From the NCBI GenBank assembly GCA_963695225.1, contig OY968762.1:224001-288000 (forward strand): a stretch of DNA of 64,000 bases. The letters run 5' to 3'. Both the position numbers and the translations under genes were made by a program. This document shows, in pieces, positions 9,019 to 18,552 of this stretch (its first letter is position 1; every line of letters begins with the position of its first letter). Origin of the DNA: Vulcanimicrobiota bacterium. GTDB taxonomy: Bacteria; Vulcanimicrobiota; Vulcanimicrobiia; Vulcanimicrobiales; Vulcanimicrobiaceae. The notes under the pieces are model-generated. The model saw only the letters and a program-made list of their open reading frames with translations. It searched no databases and was not told the origin of the DNA.

Positions 9019-9054
9019 GAGCCCTCTCCCGCATAGCAGAGGGCTCTTTCATTT
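9019..9054 (+). terminator. Intrinsic terminator (attenuator) in the DUF4395 leader
   Basis: GAGCCCTCT / AGAGGGCTC 9-bp stem plus TTTCATTT, just before the SD (AGGAG) of the next gene. Confidence 0.75.
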
Positions 9055-9070
9055 CCAGGAGTGTTCCATC

Positions 9071-9520
9071 GTGTCCGCACAAGCCGATCCGCCCCAGGGG
9101 TGCGGCGACATCCCGCTTCCGATCGTCAAGCTCAACCGCTGGGCGATCGTCATTACGGTCGTAACGGCGCTTGCGCTGCGTCAGCCGCTGCTGACGACCG
9201 CGCTGTTCTTGGTCATCGCTTCGGCGGCCGTCTTCGGGTCGCGCGGAAGCCTGATCTACTTCATCGGCTCGCGCGTCTTCGCGCGGCAAAACGCCTCGGC
9301 CGAAACCGAGGACCGGCGCATGATGCGGTTCAACAACTCGCTGGCGGCGATCATGCTAGGCGTCGCGCAAATCGGTTTTCTCGCGCGCTTGCCGCTGCTC
9401 GGGTGGACGTTTTCCATCCTTCCTGCGCTCGCCGCGATCGTGGCGCTCAGCGGGTTCTGCTTCGGCTGCTTCTTGTACTACCGTTACAAGCTCGAGCGCT
9501 ACCGGCTGTTCGGCAGCTGA
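9071..9520 (+). CDS. DUF4395-family membrane protein
   Basis: TEDRRMMRFNN and ALSGFCFGCFLY (CxxC) motifs; about 4 TM segments. Confidence 0.85.
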   Translation: MSAQADPPQGCGDIPLPIVKLNRWAIVITVVTALALRQPLLTTALFLVIASAAVFGSRGSLIYFIGSRVFARQNASAETEDRRMMRFNNSLAAIMLGVAQIGFLARLPLLGWTFSILPALAAIVALSGFCFGCFLYYRYKLERYRLFGS

Positions 9521-9721
9521 GCCCGGCGAGCCGCGGCGGCCCTTGGTTTGCGGGCTACCTCGCGGGGGCGCTTGCGGGCTGGCAGCCCCGGGGCCCGAGC
9601 CGACCGCCCGATGCCATAGAGCGCGCGCTCAAAGCAGCAAGGCTGCCGTTCGCGACGGAGCCGGAAACCTTCTTGACAAGCGACGCTCCGCGCTGCAGGG
9701 CCGGATCCTAGGCAGCGATCG

Positions 9722-9756
9722 CCCCGAAGTGCCTTGCCGGGCACCTTCGGGGTCTT
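9722..9756 (+). terminator. Hairpin closing the DUF4395 unit, ahead of the rplJ promoter
   Basis: CCCCGAAG-TGCC / GGCA-C-CTTCGGGG stem followed by TCTT. Confidence 0.5.
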
Positions 9757-9763
9757 CAGGCGT

Positions 9764-9792
9764 TTGACGCGACCCCGTGCATGCTGTACTAT
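9764..9792 (+). promoter_or_regulatory. Sigma70-type promoter for rplJ-rplL
   Basis: TTGACG-17 nt-TACTAT. Confidence 0.7.
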
Positions 9793-9801
9793 GAGCGACG
9801 G

Positions 9802-9945
9802 CTCTGATGACCGTAGGTCCGCCGCCAGGCGGGTAATGCGCGAGCGCCTACCGAGGATGCGCGATCACGATCGAAACGGTTCCGCGTGCGCGGGACGGTG
9901 CGGTAGTCGGCGCTCATCGAACGATTGGAGCGCCCTTTCTTTTTT
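9802..9945 (+). ncRNA. Ribosomal protein L10 leader with downstream terminator hairpin
   Basis: GATGACCGTAGG...TAAT...CCTACCGAGG core resembling the L10 leader; GGCGCTC/GAGCGCC stem plus T-tract at 9909-9945, just before rplJ. Confidence 0.8.
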
Positions 9946-9962
9946 CCGAAGAAAGTCCACGA

Positions 9963-10511
9963 ATGCCCACCGCCAAGAAACAAGTCACGATCGACGAGCT
10001 GCGCGAGCGGCTCGCCGGTTCGAAGAACCTGTTCTTCACGAACTACGCGGGCCTGACCGTCGAACACATCACGAAGCTCCGCAACGCGCTTCGCAAAGAC
10101 GGCAGCACCTACGCGGTCGTGAAGAACACGCTGTTCTCGATTGCCGCGGGCGAAGAGCTCGCCAAGCAATTCGACCAGCATCTCGCCGGCCCCACGGCCG
10201 TCGTGTTCGCGGGCGACGATCCCGTCTCGCCCGCCAAGGCCCTCAAGAAGTTCTCCGACGACGTTCGCGGGATCGACGTCAAAGCGGCGTTCATCGACGG
10301 GAAGCTCATCGATGCGTCGCAGGTCGCCGTTCTCGCGGCGATGCCGCCCAAAGCAGAGCTCCAAGCCAAAGTCCTCGGCCTGCTCACGAGCCCCACGCGC
10401 GGCCTCGTCACGGTCCTGGGGGCGAACCGCGGCGGTTTCGTCCGCGTCCTCGATGCTCGCGCGAAGCAACTCGCCGAGACCTCAACTTCAGCCCAAGCCT
10501 TAGGAGAATAG
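9963..10511 (+). CDS. rplJ: 50S ribosomal protein L10
   Basis: NYAGLTV, VVKNTL, LAGPTA. Confidence 0.98.
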   Translation: MPTAKKQVTIDELRERLAGSKNLFFTNYAGLTVEHITKLRNALRKDGSTYAVVKNTLFSIAAGEELAKQFDQHLAGPTAVVFAGDDPVSPAKALKKFSDDVRGIDVKAAFIDGKLIDASQVAVLAAMPPKAELQAKVLGLLTSPTRGLVTVLGANRGGFVRVLDARAKQLAETSTSAQALGE

Positions 10512-10518
10512 CACCATC

Positions 10519-10890
10519 ATGGCAGTTGCCGATCTGATCGAACAAGTCGAAAAACTCACCGTTCTCGAGCTGAACGAACTCGTCAAGGCCCTCGAAGAGA
10601 AGTGGGGCGTCAGCGCCGCGGCACCCGTCGCGGTCGCAGCGGGCCCGGCGGCCGCAGCCGCGGCACCGGTCGCGGAGCAGACCGAGTTCGATGCGATCCT
10701 CACCGATTTCGGTGCGGAGAAGATCAAGGTCATCAAGGTCGTTCGCGAACTGACCTCGCTCGGTCTGACCGAAGCGAAGGCGTTCGTCGAGAGCGCCCCC
10801 AAGGCGATCAAGACCGGGATCCCCAAGGCCGATGCCGAGGCGATCAAAGCGAAGCTGGCGGAAGTCGGCGCGAAGGTCGAGATCAAGTAA
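10519..10890 (+). CDS. rplL: 50S ribosomal protein L7/L12
   Basis: [33 protein letters not shown]. Confidence 0.99.
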   Translation: MAVADLIEQVEKLTVLELNELVKALEEKWGVSAAAPVAVAAGPAAAAAAPVAEQTEFDAILTDFGAEKIKVIKVVRELTSLGLTEAKAFVESAPKAIKTGIPKADAEAIKAKLAEVGAKVEIK

Positions 10891-10966
10891 GAGCCGCCGC
10901 GCGCTCGCGCGCGCACGGAACGTTCGAGCCCCGCGGCGAGTGCCCGGGGCTCGATTCGTTCTGTGC

Positions 10967-11854
10967 TCAGTTCGTGGCCGCGGGGTCCGGCGCGTACTCT
11001 CCGGTCGTCGTCTTCGCCGGCTCCTTCGGCAACGGCGTGGCGGCGCCGGCGGGATGTTCGTCGTATTCGTGCGAGACGATCTGCGGAAGCGGCGTCCCGG
11101 AATGGACGTCGCTCGAGAAGCGGCCGAAACGCTGCGGATTCTGCGCGAAGTGGTTCTCCAGATCGGCGATCCGGTGATCGTCGCGCGGGTGGTCGGAGAG
11201 CATCTCCATCGATCCCTTGCCCGTCCCGGCCTTTTCGAAGCGGTCGAAGAGCCAGATCATCCCGTAGGGGTTGAAACCCGCTTGCGCGCAGGTGTCGGAG
11301 CCCTTGAGATCTGCCGCCGTCTCGACCGGGCGCGAGAAGCTCAGCGACTGGATGTTCGCGGCCATGTTGATCGCGAGGTTCGTGAGACCGCCCTGGCCGC
11401 GCCCTAGGAGCAGTTCCAACAGCGTCGCGCCGATCGCGACGTTCTGCTGCTTCTTCATGATGTTGACGACGTCGTGGTGGATGTCGTGCGAGGTCTCGTG
11501 GCAGAGAACGCCCGCGAGTTCTTCCTTCGTCTTGACGAATTGCATCAGCGAATCCGTAACGTAGACGTTTCCGCCGGGGACGGCGAACGCGTTCGGCTGC
11601 TTTTCGTGTACCAGGATGAACTTGAACGGGTACTCGTATTGCGGATCGGCGACGGCCTTGATGCGCGTCGCGATCGGGTTGAGCACGTCGTAGAGCGGCG
11701 AATGCGAGATGATCTCGCCCTTCTTGGAGAGTTCGGAGTAGACTTGGTCGCCGATCTGCTTTTCCTGATCCTCGGCGAGTGCCGGGCCGCTTGCTCGGCA
11801 GCAGAGCGCGGCGACGAGCGCGAGCGCGGTCACGAAAGCGGCTGGACGCGTCAT
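10967..11854 (-). CDS. Exported M48-family zinc metallopeptidase
   Basis: Signal peptide, PNAFAVPGG, HETSH zinc motif, ETAAD, SDHP. Confidence 0.9.
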   Translation of the reverse strand: MTRPAAFVTALALVAALCCRASGPALAEDQEKQIGDQVYSELSKKGEIISHSPLYDVLNPIATRIKAVADPQYEYPFKFILVHEKQPNAFAVPGGNVYVTDSLMQFVKTKEELAGVLCHETSHDIHHDVVNIMKKQQNVAIGATLLELLLGRGQGGLTNLAINMAANIQSLSFSRPVETAADLKGSDTCAQAGFNPYGMIWLFDRFEKAGTGKGSMEMLSDHPRDDHRIADLENHFAQNPQRFGRFSSDVHSGTPLPQIVSHEYDEHPAGAATPLPKEPAKTTTGEYAPDPAATN

Positions 11855-12008
11855 CTACGAGATTTCCTCCGTCCCCGGAAACGCAATTCGCGCGGGATTC
11901 GTTCACGCTCGGCGAGAGCGCCTTCCGCGAGCCGCGCGCGCGTGTCTGCCGGGCACGGGCCCCCCGGCGGCGCGCAGCGAAGGGATGCCGGCCTCGAGAG
12001 GAGCCCAA

Positions 12009-12908
12009 ATGCTCGCAAACGTTGCACTCGGTTTCGTCGGCGTGGGGCGCATGGGCGCGAACATCGCGCGCCGGCTTCACGAGGCGGGGTATCCGGTCTC
12101 GGCGATCTACGATGCAGATCGCGGCGCGGCCGATGCGCTCGCGCGCGAACTCGGAACGCGTTCGACGGACTCCCTCGCCGCGGTGACCGAACGCTCCGAG
12201 ATCGTGCTGACGGTCGTCAGCGACGACGCCGCGATGCGCCGGATCTTCGCCGCCGAGGGGGACACGCTGTTCGCCGGTGCGCGGGGGCGCACGTTCGTCA
12301 ACTGTGCGACCGTCTCGCCGCAGGTGCACGTCGAGATCGAGCGCCTCGCGGCCGCCCGGGGCGCGGCGACGCTCGAAGCGTGCATGGCGAGTTCGATCCC
12401 TCAGGCTCGCGCCGGGACGCTCTACCTGATGGTCGGCGGCGACGCGGCGGCGTTCGAACGGGTCCGTCCGCTGCTCGAGCAGATGAGCGCGCGACTGCGC
12501 TACATCGGGCCTGCCGGATCGGCCGCGCAGGTGAAAGCGCTCGTCAACATGGTGATGAACGTCAATACGGCCGGACTGGCGGAGGGCCTCGGTTTAGGCG
12601 AAGCGCTCGGCCTCGATTTGTCGATGCTGCGCGAGGTCTTCTCCGAGACGGGCGCGGCCTCGCGCGTCCTCGAGACGGACGGCGCCGATATGCAAGCACG
12701 CGAGCACGAGTGTTACTTCTCGGCCGCGCACGCTGCGAAGGATTCGGGGATCGCGCTCGCTCTCGCCGCTGACGCCGGCCTCGAGCTGCCGCTCGCGGCG
12801 GCGGCAAAGAGCCAGTTCGAGCGCATGGTCGAGCTAGGCCTCGGCGGCCTCGACAAATCGGGCGTCGCGGAGTTGACGTTCCGTTCGCGATCCGCCGCGC
12901 GCTCGTAA
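12009..12908 (+). CDS. NAD(P)-dependent oxidoreductase, beta-hydroxyacid dehydrogenase family
   Basis: GFVGVGRMGANIA Rossmann motif, VKALVN catalytic Lys region, KDSGIA. Confidence 0.88.
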   Translation: MLANVALGFVGVGRMGANIARRLHEAGYPVSAIYDADRGAADALARELGTRSTDSLAAVTERSEIVLTVVSDDAAMRRIFAAEGDTLFAGARGRTFVNCATVSPQVHVEIERLAAARGAATLEACMASSIPQARAGTLYLMVGGDAAAFERVRPLLEQMSARLRYIGPAGSAAQVKALVNMVMNVNTAGLAEGLGLGEALGLDLSMLREVFSETGAASRVLETDGADMQAREHECYFSAAHAAKDSGIALALAADAGLELPLAAAAKSQFERMVELGLGGLDKSGVAELTFRSRSAARS

Positions 12909-12924
12909 GACGCCGTCACGAACG

Positions 12925-12956
12925 AGGGGCGCCGCGCGATGCGCGACGCCCCTTTG
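12925..12956. terminator. Hairpin between convergent oxidoreductase and hppA genes
   Basis: AGGGGCG-x-CGCGC / GCGCG-x-CGCCCCT stem plus TTG. Confidence 0.55.
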
Positions 12957-12999
12957 CGGTCGATGAACTCGGAAACGTCCGCCCTTTCGGGCGATCCGG

Positions 13000-15144
13000 T
13001 TAATGCACGAGGAAGCCGACGAGCAAGAGTGCGACGATGTTCAGCACCTTGATCATCGGATTGATCGCGGGGCCGGCCGTATCCTTATACGGGTCGCCGA
13101 CGGTGTCGCCCGTGACGGCGGCGGCGTGCGCCGGCGAGCCTTTCCCGCCGAAGTGGCCGTCCTCGATGTACTTCTTTGCGTTGTCCCAGGCGCCGCCGCC
13201 GCTCGTCATCGAGATGGCGAGGAACAACCCGGTGACGATCGCGCCGACGAGCGCGCCGCCCATCATCTGCGCGCCCGCCGCTCCGGCCAAGACGCCGGTG
13301 ACGGAAAGGGCCACGATGATGACGGGAATGCCGATCGGGATGAGCGCGGGGAGGATCATTTCCTTGAGCGCCGCGCGCGTCACGATGTCGACCGTCGTAC
13401 CGTAGTCGGGCTTCTGCGTTCCCTTCATGATGCCCGGCATCTCGCGGAATTGACGGCGAACTTCCTCGACGACGGCGCCGCCCGCGCGGCCTACCGATTC
13501 CATCGAGAGGGATGCGAACAGATACGGGGCGAGGCCGCCGATCAACAATCCCGCGATCACGTACGGCTCGCCGATGTTGAACGAGAAGTGGTTTGCGGCG
13601 CCGCTGCACGCGGCGCTTGCGGTGGCGTCGCACTTGTCGTTGAGCTCTTGCAGGAACGAAGCGAAGAGCACGACGGCCGCGAGGCCCGCCGAGCCGATCG
13701 CGTACCCTTTCGTGACGGCCTTCGTCGTGTTGCCGACCGCATCGAGCGGGTCGGTCACGGCGCGCACGCTCGCCGGCATCTCCGCCATCTCGGCGATGCC
13801 GCCCGCGTTGTCCGTGATGGGGCCGAAGGAGTCGATCGCGACGATGATGCCCGCCATCGAGAGCATCGACATGACGGCGATCGCGACGCCGTACAAGCCC
13901 GCGAACTTGAACGAAACGAGGATGCCGGCGACGATCACGAGCGCGGGCAGCGCCGTCGCCTGCATCGAGACCGCGAGGCCGCTGATCATGTTCGTGGCGT
14001 GCCCGGTCGTGGAAGCTTGTGCGATGCGCTTCACCGGCGAAAACTGCGTACCCGTATAGTACTCGGTGATGTACGTTATCAAGCCCGTGATGACGAGCCC
14101 GACGAGCGAGCATACGAAAATGGCCATCGCGCTGACCGTCTGACCGGACTTCAGCGTGGTCGCCGTGCCGAACTGCGCTTGCGCCGCAAAGTAGAAGCCC
14201 ACCGCCGAAATGACCGCGGCGACGATCAACCCGGCGTAGAGCGCGTTCATGATCGAACCCTTCGGGTTGCTCATGCGCACGAAGAACGTTCCGATGATCG
14301 AGGCGACGATCGAAATCGCGCCTAGGACGAGCGGGAACGTCACGCCGCCGGCAAAATCCGCCGGCAAGACCAGATGCCCGAGCAGCATCGCGGCGACCGT
14401 GGTGACGACGTACGTCTCGAACAAGTCGGCCGCCATGCCGGCGCAGTCGCCGACGTTGTCGCCGACGTTGTCGGCGATGACGGCGGGGTTACGCGGATCG
14501 TCTTCCGGGATCCCCGCTTCGACCTTTCCGACGAGGTCGGCGCCGACGTCGGCCGCCTTCGTGAAGATGCCGCCGCCGAGACGAGCGAACACCGAGATCA
14601 GGGAGCATCCGAACGCGAGGCCGACGAGCGCTCCGAGCGATCTCGACTCGTCGCCGCCGTTGACGTTTTGCATGATCGCGTAGTAGCCGCTGACGGCGAA
14701 CAACCCGAGGCCGACGACGAGCAAACCGGTGATCGCGCCGCCGCGAAACGCGAGCGCGAGTGCCGGTGCGAGTCCGCCGCGCCCCGCTTCCGCCGTGCGC
14801 ACGTTCGCGCGCACCGAAACGATCATGCCGATGAAGCCGGCCGCGCCCGAGAGGACGGAGCCGATCAGAAAACCGAACGCGGCTTCCCAACCGAGCGGCG
14901 CCGGCGCGAAACCGATCGCTAAGAACAAAACCGCCGCGACGATCGCGACGGTCGAATATTGGCGCTTGAGAAACGCCATCGCGCCTTCTTGAATCGCGCG
15001 CGCGATTTCTTGCATCCGTTCGTTGCCTGCCGGTTGGCGCAACACCCATGACGTGAGAACACCGCCGTAGATGATGGCCAACAGTCCGGCAACGAGTCCG
15101 AGGACGACACCGGTCTGAGCACTGATCCCGAGCTGAGTAGGCAC
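13000..15144 (-). CDS. hppA: Membrane-bound pyrophosphatase, predicted K+-independent H+ pump
   Basis: [30 protein letters not shown]; Lys in GNTTKA marks the K+-independent type. Confidence 0.96.
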   Translation of the reverse strand: MPTQLGISAQTGVVLGLVAGLLAIIYGGVLTSWVLRQPAGNERMQEIARAIQEGAMAFLKRQYSTVAIVAAVLFLAIGFAPAPLGWEAAFGFLIGSVLSGAAGFIGMIVSVRANVRTAEAGRGGLAPALALAFRGGAITGLLVVGLGLFAVSGYYAIMQNVNGGDESRSLGALVGLAFGCSLISVFARLGGGIFTKAADVGADLVGKVEAGIPEDDPRNPAVIADNVGDNVGDCAGMAADLFETYVVTTVAAMLLGHLVLPADFAGGVTFPLVLGAISIVASIIGTFFVRMSNPKGSIMNALYAGLIVAAVISAVGFYFAAQAQFGTATTLKSGQTVSAMAIFVCSLVGLVITGLITYITEYYTGTQFSPVKRIAQASTTGHATNMISGLAVSMQATALPALVIVAGILVSFKFAGLYGVAIAVMSMLSMAGIIVAIDSFGPITDNAGGIAEMAEMPASVRAVTDPLDAVGNTTKAVTKGYAIGSAGLAAVVLFASFLQELNDKCDATASAACSGAANHFSFNIGEPYVIAGLLIGGLAPYLFASLSMESVGRAGGAVVEEVRRQFREMPGIMKGTQKPDYGTTVDIVTRAALKEMILPALIPIGIPVIIVALSVTGVLAGAAGAQMMGGALVGAIVTGLFLAISMTSGGGAWDNAKKYIEDGHFGGKGSPAHAAAVTGDTVGDPYKDTAGPAINPMIKVLNIVALLLVGFLVH

Positions 15145-15306
15145 GAGGTAACCTTCCCGTTCTTGCAGGGCATAAGAACACCCCGCGCATCGCAGCCGGG
15201 GCAGTTGACCCGGACCTATTTGCGAGCCTTACACGAGTCCCTTTCCTAGGCGGGCGGCTGGCGCGCGAGGAAGGCTTGCCACGGAACGCGCGAAGATGGG
15301 TTTTGC

Positions 15307-16503
15307 ATGGAGGAAGTCGAGTTCTTGGTCGTCGGCTGCGGGCCGGCGGGGGGGATCGCGGCTCGCGAGGCGGCGCGTTCCGGGGTAGAGACGCTCGTCC
15401 TCGAACGGGACCCGGTCGTCGGGGCGAAGCGCGTCTGCGCCGCGGGGTTGCGCCCGGGGTTTTGCGCCGACTTCGACTTGCCCCCGTCGATCGTCCACTG
15501 CAACCCGACGGTCCTGGCGGCCTTCGGCCTCGCCGGCCGCCGCTACGACTTTCCGATCGGGAAGAGCCAGACCACCACGCGCGAGGAACTGGACGGGACG
15601 ATCGGCGCGCTCGCCATGGCCGAGGGAGCGACGTTGCGGACGCGCGCGCTGTTCCGTTCGCTCGAGCGCGACGGGGCGCGCACGATCGTCGAATACGCGG
15701 ATCTCGCCACCGGAGAGCGCAGGCGGGTCCGGGCGGGCGGCGTCTTTCTGGCGCCGGGTTCCAGCGTTCGCCTCGACGAGCAGGGTCCGCTAGGGTATCC
15801 GGGGTGGAGGGACGGTCTTGTGACCTGCCTCCAATATCGCGTCTATCTGGAGCGGCCGGCCGTCCCCGCGGCGTACGAGGCGCTCGAGATGTACTATTAC
15901 CGCTCGCCGTTCGGCCGCAACATCATCGGCTGGATGTTCCCGAAACGCGACCACCTCTCGATCGGCCTAGGCGTCGGGGCGAAGATCGACGGCAAGGAGC
16001 TTCGGGTCGAGCTGGACGCCCTCTTGGCCCGCGTGCGGACGCGCCTGTTCCCTAGCATAGGCTACACGCTGCGCGAGGAAGGGAACCTGCTCTACGGCGG
16101 CAAGCCGCGCCCGAGGATCGCCGACGGGAACGTCATGATCGGCGGGACGGCCGCCGGCCTCGTCGACGCGACGACCGGGGAGGGGATCCACGAAGCGGCC
16201 ACTTCCGGACGCTTCGCCGCCCAGGCGATGGCCGAGTTCAAACGGGGCGGGAACGCCTCGCCGGCGCTCGCCTACGAGCACTGGACGAAGCGCGCGTTCT
16301 ACGGCCGGCTGTTGCACCGCTACAAGTTGATCACGTTCCTCGAGCGGCGGCCGAAGCTCTACGACGTGCTCTTCGAGCAGATCGCGAAGGAACGCAGGCT
16401 CTGCGAGCTGCTGCAGCGCGACCGGAACGACTTCTCGTTCTCGGAATGGCTCTATCTCTACGTTCAGGCCGCGCTGTTCAGCGCGAAGGCCCTGCGCGCC
16501 TGA
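15307..16503 (+). CDS. Geranylgeranyl reductase-family FAD oxidoreductase
   Basis: VVGCGPAG, KRVCAAG, GWMFPK, AAGLVDATTGEGI. Confidence 0.85.
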   Translation: MEEVEFLVVGCGPAGGIAAREAARSGVETLVLERDPVVGAKRVCAAGLRPGFCADFDLPPSIVHCNPTVLAAFGLAGRRYDFPIGKSQTTTREELDGTIGALAMAEGATLRTRALFRSLERDGARTIVEYADLATGERRRVRAGGVFLAPGSSVRLDEQGPLGYPGWRDGLVTCLQYRVYLERPAVPAAYEALEMYYYRSPFGRNIIGWMFPKRDHLSIGLGVGAKIDGKELRVELDALLARVRTRLFPSIGYTLREEGNLLYGGKPRPRIADGNVMIGGTAAGLVDATTGEGIHEAATSGRFAAQAMAEFKRGGNASPALAYEHWTKRAFYGRLLHRYKLITFLERRPKLYDVLFEQIAKERRLCELLQRDRNDFSFSEWLYLYVQAALFSAKALRA

Positions 16504-17522
16504 TGGGGACGTTCGTCGCGCGGCGGCTCCTACGCTTGGCGATGGTCCTCGCGGCCGTCACGCTCGGCACGTTCGCGTTCACGCACTTGATCCCGGGGGA
16601 TCCCGCGGCGTTGCGGCTCGGCGAGCACGCCTCGCCCGAGGAGGTCGCGAACCTGCGGGCGGCGCTCGGACTCGACCGGCCCTGGTACGTTCAGTTGTGG
16701 GTTTACGTCCGGCACGTGCTCGGCGGGGACCTCGGCCGCTCGGTCGTCGATACGCAACCGGTCGCCCAGAAGCTTGGCCAGTACTTTCCGGCCACCGTCG
16801 AGCTGACGCTCGGGGCGCTGCTCGTGGCGATCGTCCTCGGGCTCCCGGCCGGGATCATCGCGGCGGTGCGGCAGCGGACTGCACTCGACCGGTTGACGAT
16901 GACGGGCGTCCTCCTCGGCGTCTCGATCCCGGTCTTCTGGCTCGGCTGGATGCTCGTCTATCTCCTCGCCGTGATCCCAAGCCACTTCGGCCTGAACCTG
17001 TTTCCGATCTCCGGACGTATCTCGCTCTCGTACTACGTACCGGCACGTACGCACTTGATCGTCCTCGACGCGCTGCTCGCGGGGAACGTCCGTGCCGCTC
17101 TCGACGCGCTCTGGCACCTGGTCTTGCCGGCCCTCACGCTCGGGACGATACCGCTCGCGATCATCGCGAAGATCACGCGGAGCGGGATGCTCGAGGTGCT
17201 CCGCAGCGATTACATCCGGACGGCGCGCGCCAAGGGGCTCGACGAGCGCGCCGTCGTCGTGCGGCACGGCCTGCGGAACGCCGCGATCCCGATTCTGACG
17301 GTGATCGGGCTGCAGACGGGTTTGCTGCTCGGCGGCGCGGTCCTCACCGAGCACATCTTCGCATGGCCCGGCGTGGGCAGGCTCGCCTTCGATGCGATCT
17401 CGAACCGCGACATGCCGGTCATCAACGGTTGCATCCTGCTCTTCGCGACGGTCTTCGTCGTTGTGAACACCGCGGTGGACGTGCTCTATGCTTTGGCCAA
17501 CCCGCGGATCCGCTACGGATAG
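16503..17522 (+). CDS. Peptide/nickel ABC transporter permease (DppB/OppB-like)
   Basis: IPGDPA, LGLDRP, DYIRTARAKGL, NPRIRY; TGATG coupling with the upstream gene. Confidence 0.92.
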   Translation: MGTFVARRLLRLAMVLAAVTLGTFAFTHLIPGDPAALRLGEHASPEEVANLRAALGLDRPWYVQLWVYVRHVLGGDLGRSVVDTQPVAQKLGQYFPATVELTLGALLVAIVLGLPAGIIAAVRQRTALDRLTMTGVLLGVSIPVFWLGWMLVYLLAVIPSHFGLNLFPISGRISLSYYVPARTHLIVLDALLAGNVRAALDALWHLVLPALTLGTIPLAIIAKITRSGMLEVLRSDYIRTARAKGLDERAVVVRHGLRNAAIPILTVIGLQTGLLLGGAVLTEHIFAWPGVGRLAFDAISNRDMPVINGCILLFATVFVVVNTAVDVLYALANPRIRYG

Positions 17523-17553
17523 GCCGTAGGTCGGAAGGGCCCGGGAGCCGGGT

Positions 17554-18426
17554 GTGGATAACCCTGCCACGAAGAGAGGTCCTAATGAGGCGCCTTTGGA
17601 CGTAAGTTCCGGCTCGCGGAAGTACGTGATCGCGGGTACTTCCTATACGCGAGAGGAGGTCATCCACCGATACCTGCACTTGGTAAAGTATGTGGCAGGG
17701 CGTATTTCGGTCAACCTCCCGCCGAACGTCGAACTGCAGGATCTGATCAACGACGGCGTCCTCGGCTTGATCGACGCGATCGAAAAATACGATGACGGGC
17801 GCGGCGTCAAGTTCGAGACGTATGCGATCACGCGCATCAACGGTGCGATCATCGATGCGCTCAGGGCGCTCGACTGGGTTCCACGCGCGATCCGGCAGCG
17901 GGCCCGCGAGCTCGAACGCGCCTACCAGGCGCTCGAGACGCAGTTCGGCCGCATGCCGAGCGACGACGAAGTGGCGGAGCACCTCGGCATCTCGCGCAAA
18001 GAGCTCGATTCGCTCGTCCAAAAGATCCGCGGAACGTCCGTGCTCTCGCTCGAGGAGCACCTCCCCAACGAGCGCGGCAGCGACATTCCCTTGCTCGACA
18101 CGCTGCGCGATCTCAGAGTCGACGTCAGTTCTTCGGTCGAAGCGCGCGAAGTGCGGAACATGCTCGCGCACGCGGTCGACGATCTCTCGGAGCAAGAACG
18201 CACCGTCATCAAGCTATATTATTTCGAAGGGCAGACGCTCAAAGAGATCAAGGCGGTCCTCGGGGTCTCCGAATCGCGCGTCTCGCAGATTCACGCTCAG
18301 GCGGTGATCCATCTCCGTTCCAAGTTGCGCGAACTGCGCGTCGATCTCGGCTATCGTGACGGCGATCCGAACGTGAAGCAGAAGTATCTGCGCAAGCCCG
18401 CGCCCAGCGTCGAGAGCGTTCCCTAG
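17554..18426 (+). CDS. fliA: FliA/WhiG-family sigma factor (start uncertain)
   Basis: GLIDAIEKYD, KFETYAITRINGAIIDALRALDWVPR, GVSESRVSQIH. Confidence 0.93.
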   Translation: MDNPATKRGPNEAPLDVSSGSRKYVIAGTSYTREEVIHRYLHLVKYVAGRISVNLPPNVELQDLINDGVLGLIDAIEKYDDGRGVKFETYAITRINGAIIDALRALDWVPRAIRQRARELERAYQALETQFGRMPSDDEVAEHLGISRKELDSLVQKIRGTSVLSLEEHLPNERGSDIPLLDTLRDLRVDVSSSVEAREVRNMLAHAVDDLSEQERTVIKLYYFEGQTLKEIKAVLGVSESRVSQIHAQAVIHLRSKLRELRVDLGYRDGDPNVKQKYLRKPAPSVESVP

Positions 18427-18552
18427 AGCGTCGTTCCGCCTCTCCCAGGCGCGTCCCAGATTTCATGCGCGTTTCATGTGCGCCGAGTCGCGCCGCCCTA
18501 CACTGTGGGCGAGGCGCCGATAGCGCGCTGGCTTTGCTTGAAAGGATGCACC

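Noticed and set aside
9517..9711. Possible small CTG-started ORF coupled to the DUF4395 stop
   Set aside because: No SD and no recognisable motif; cannot be supported without homologues.
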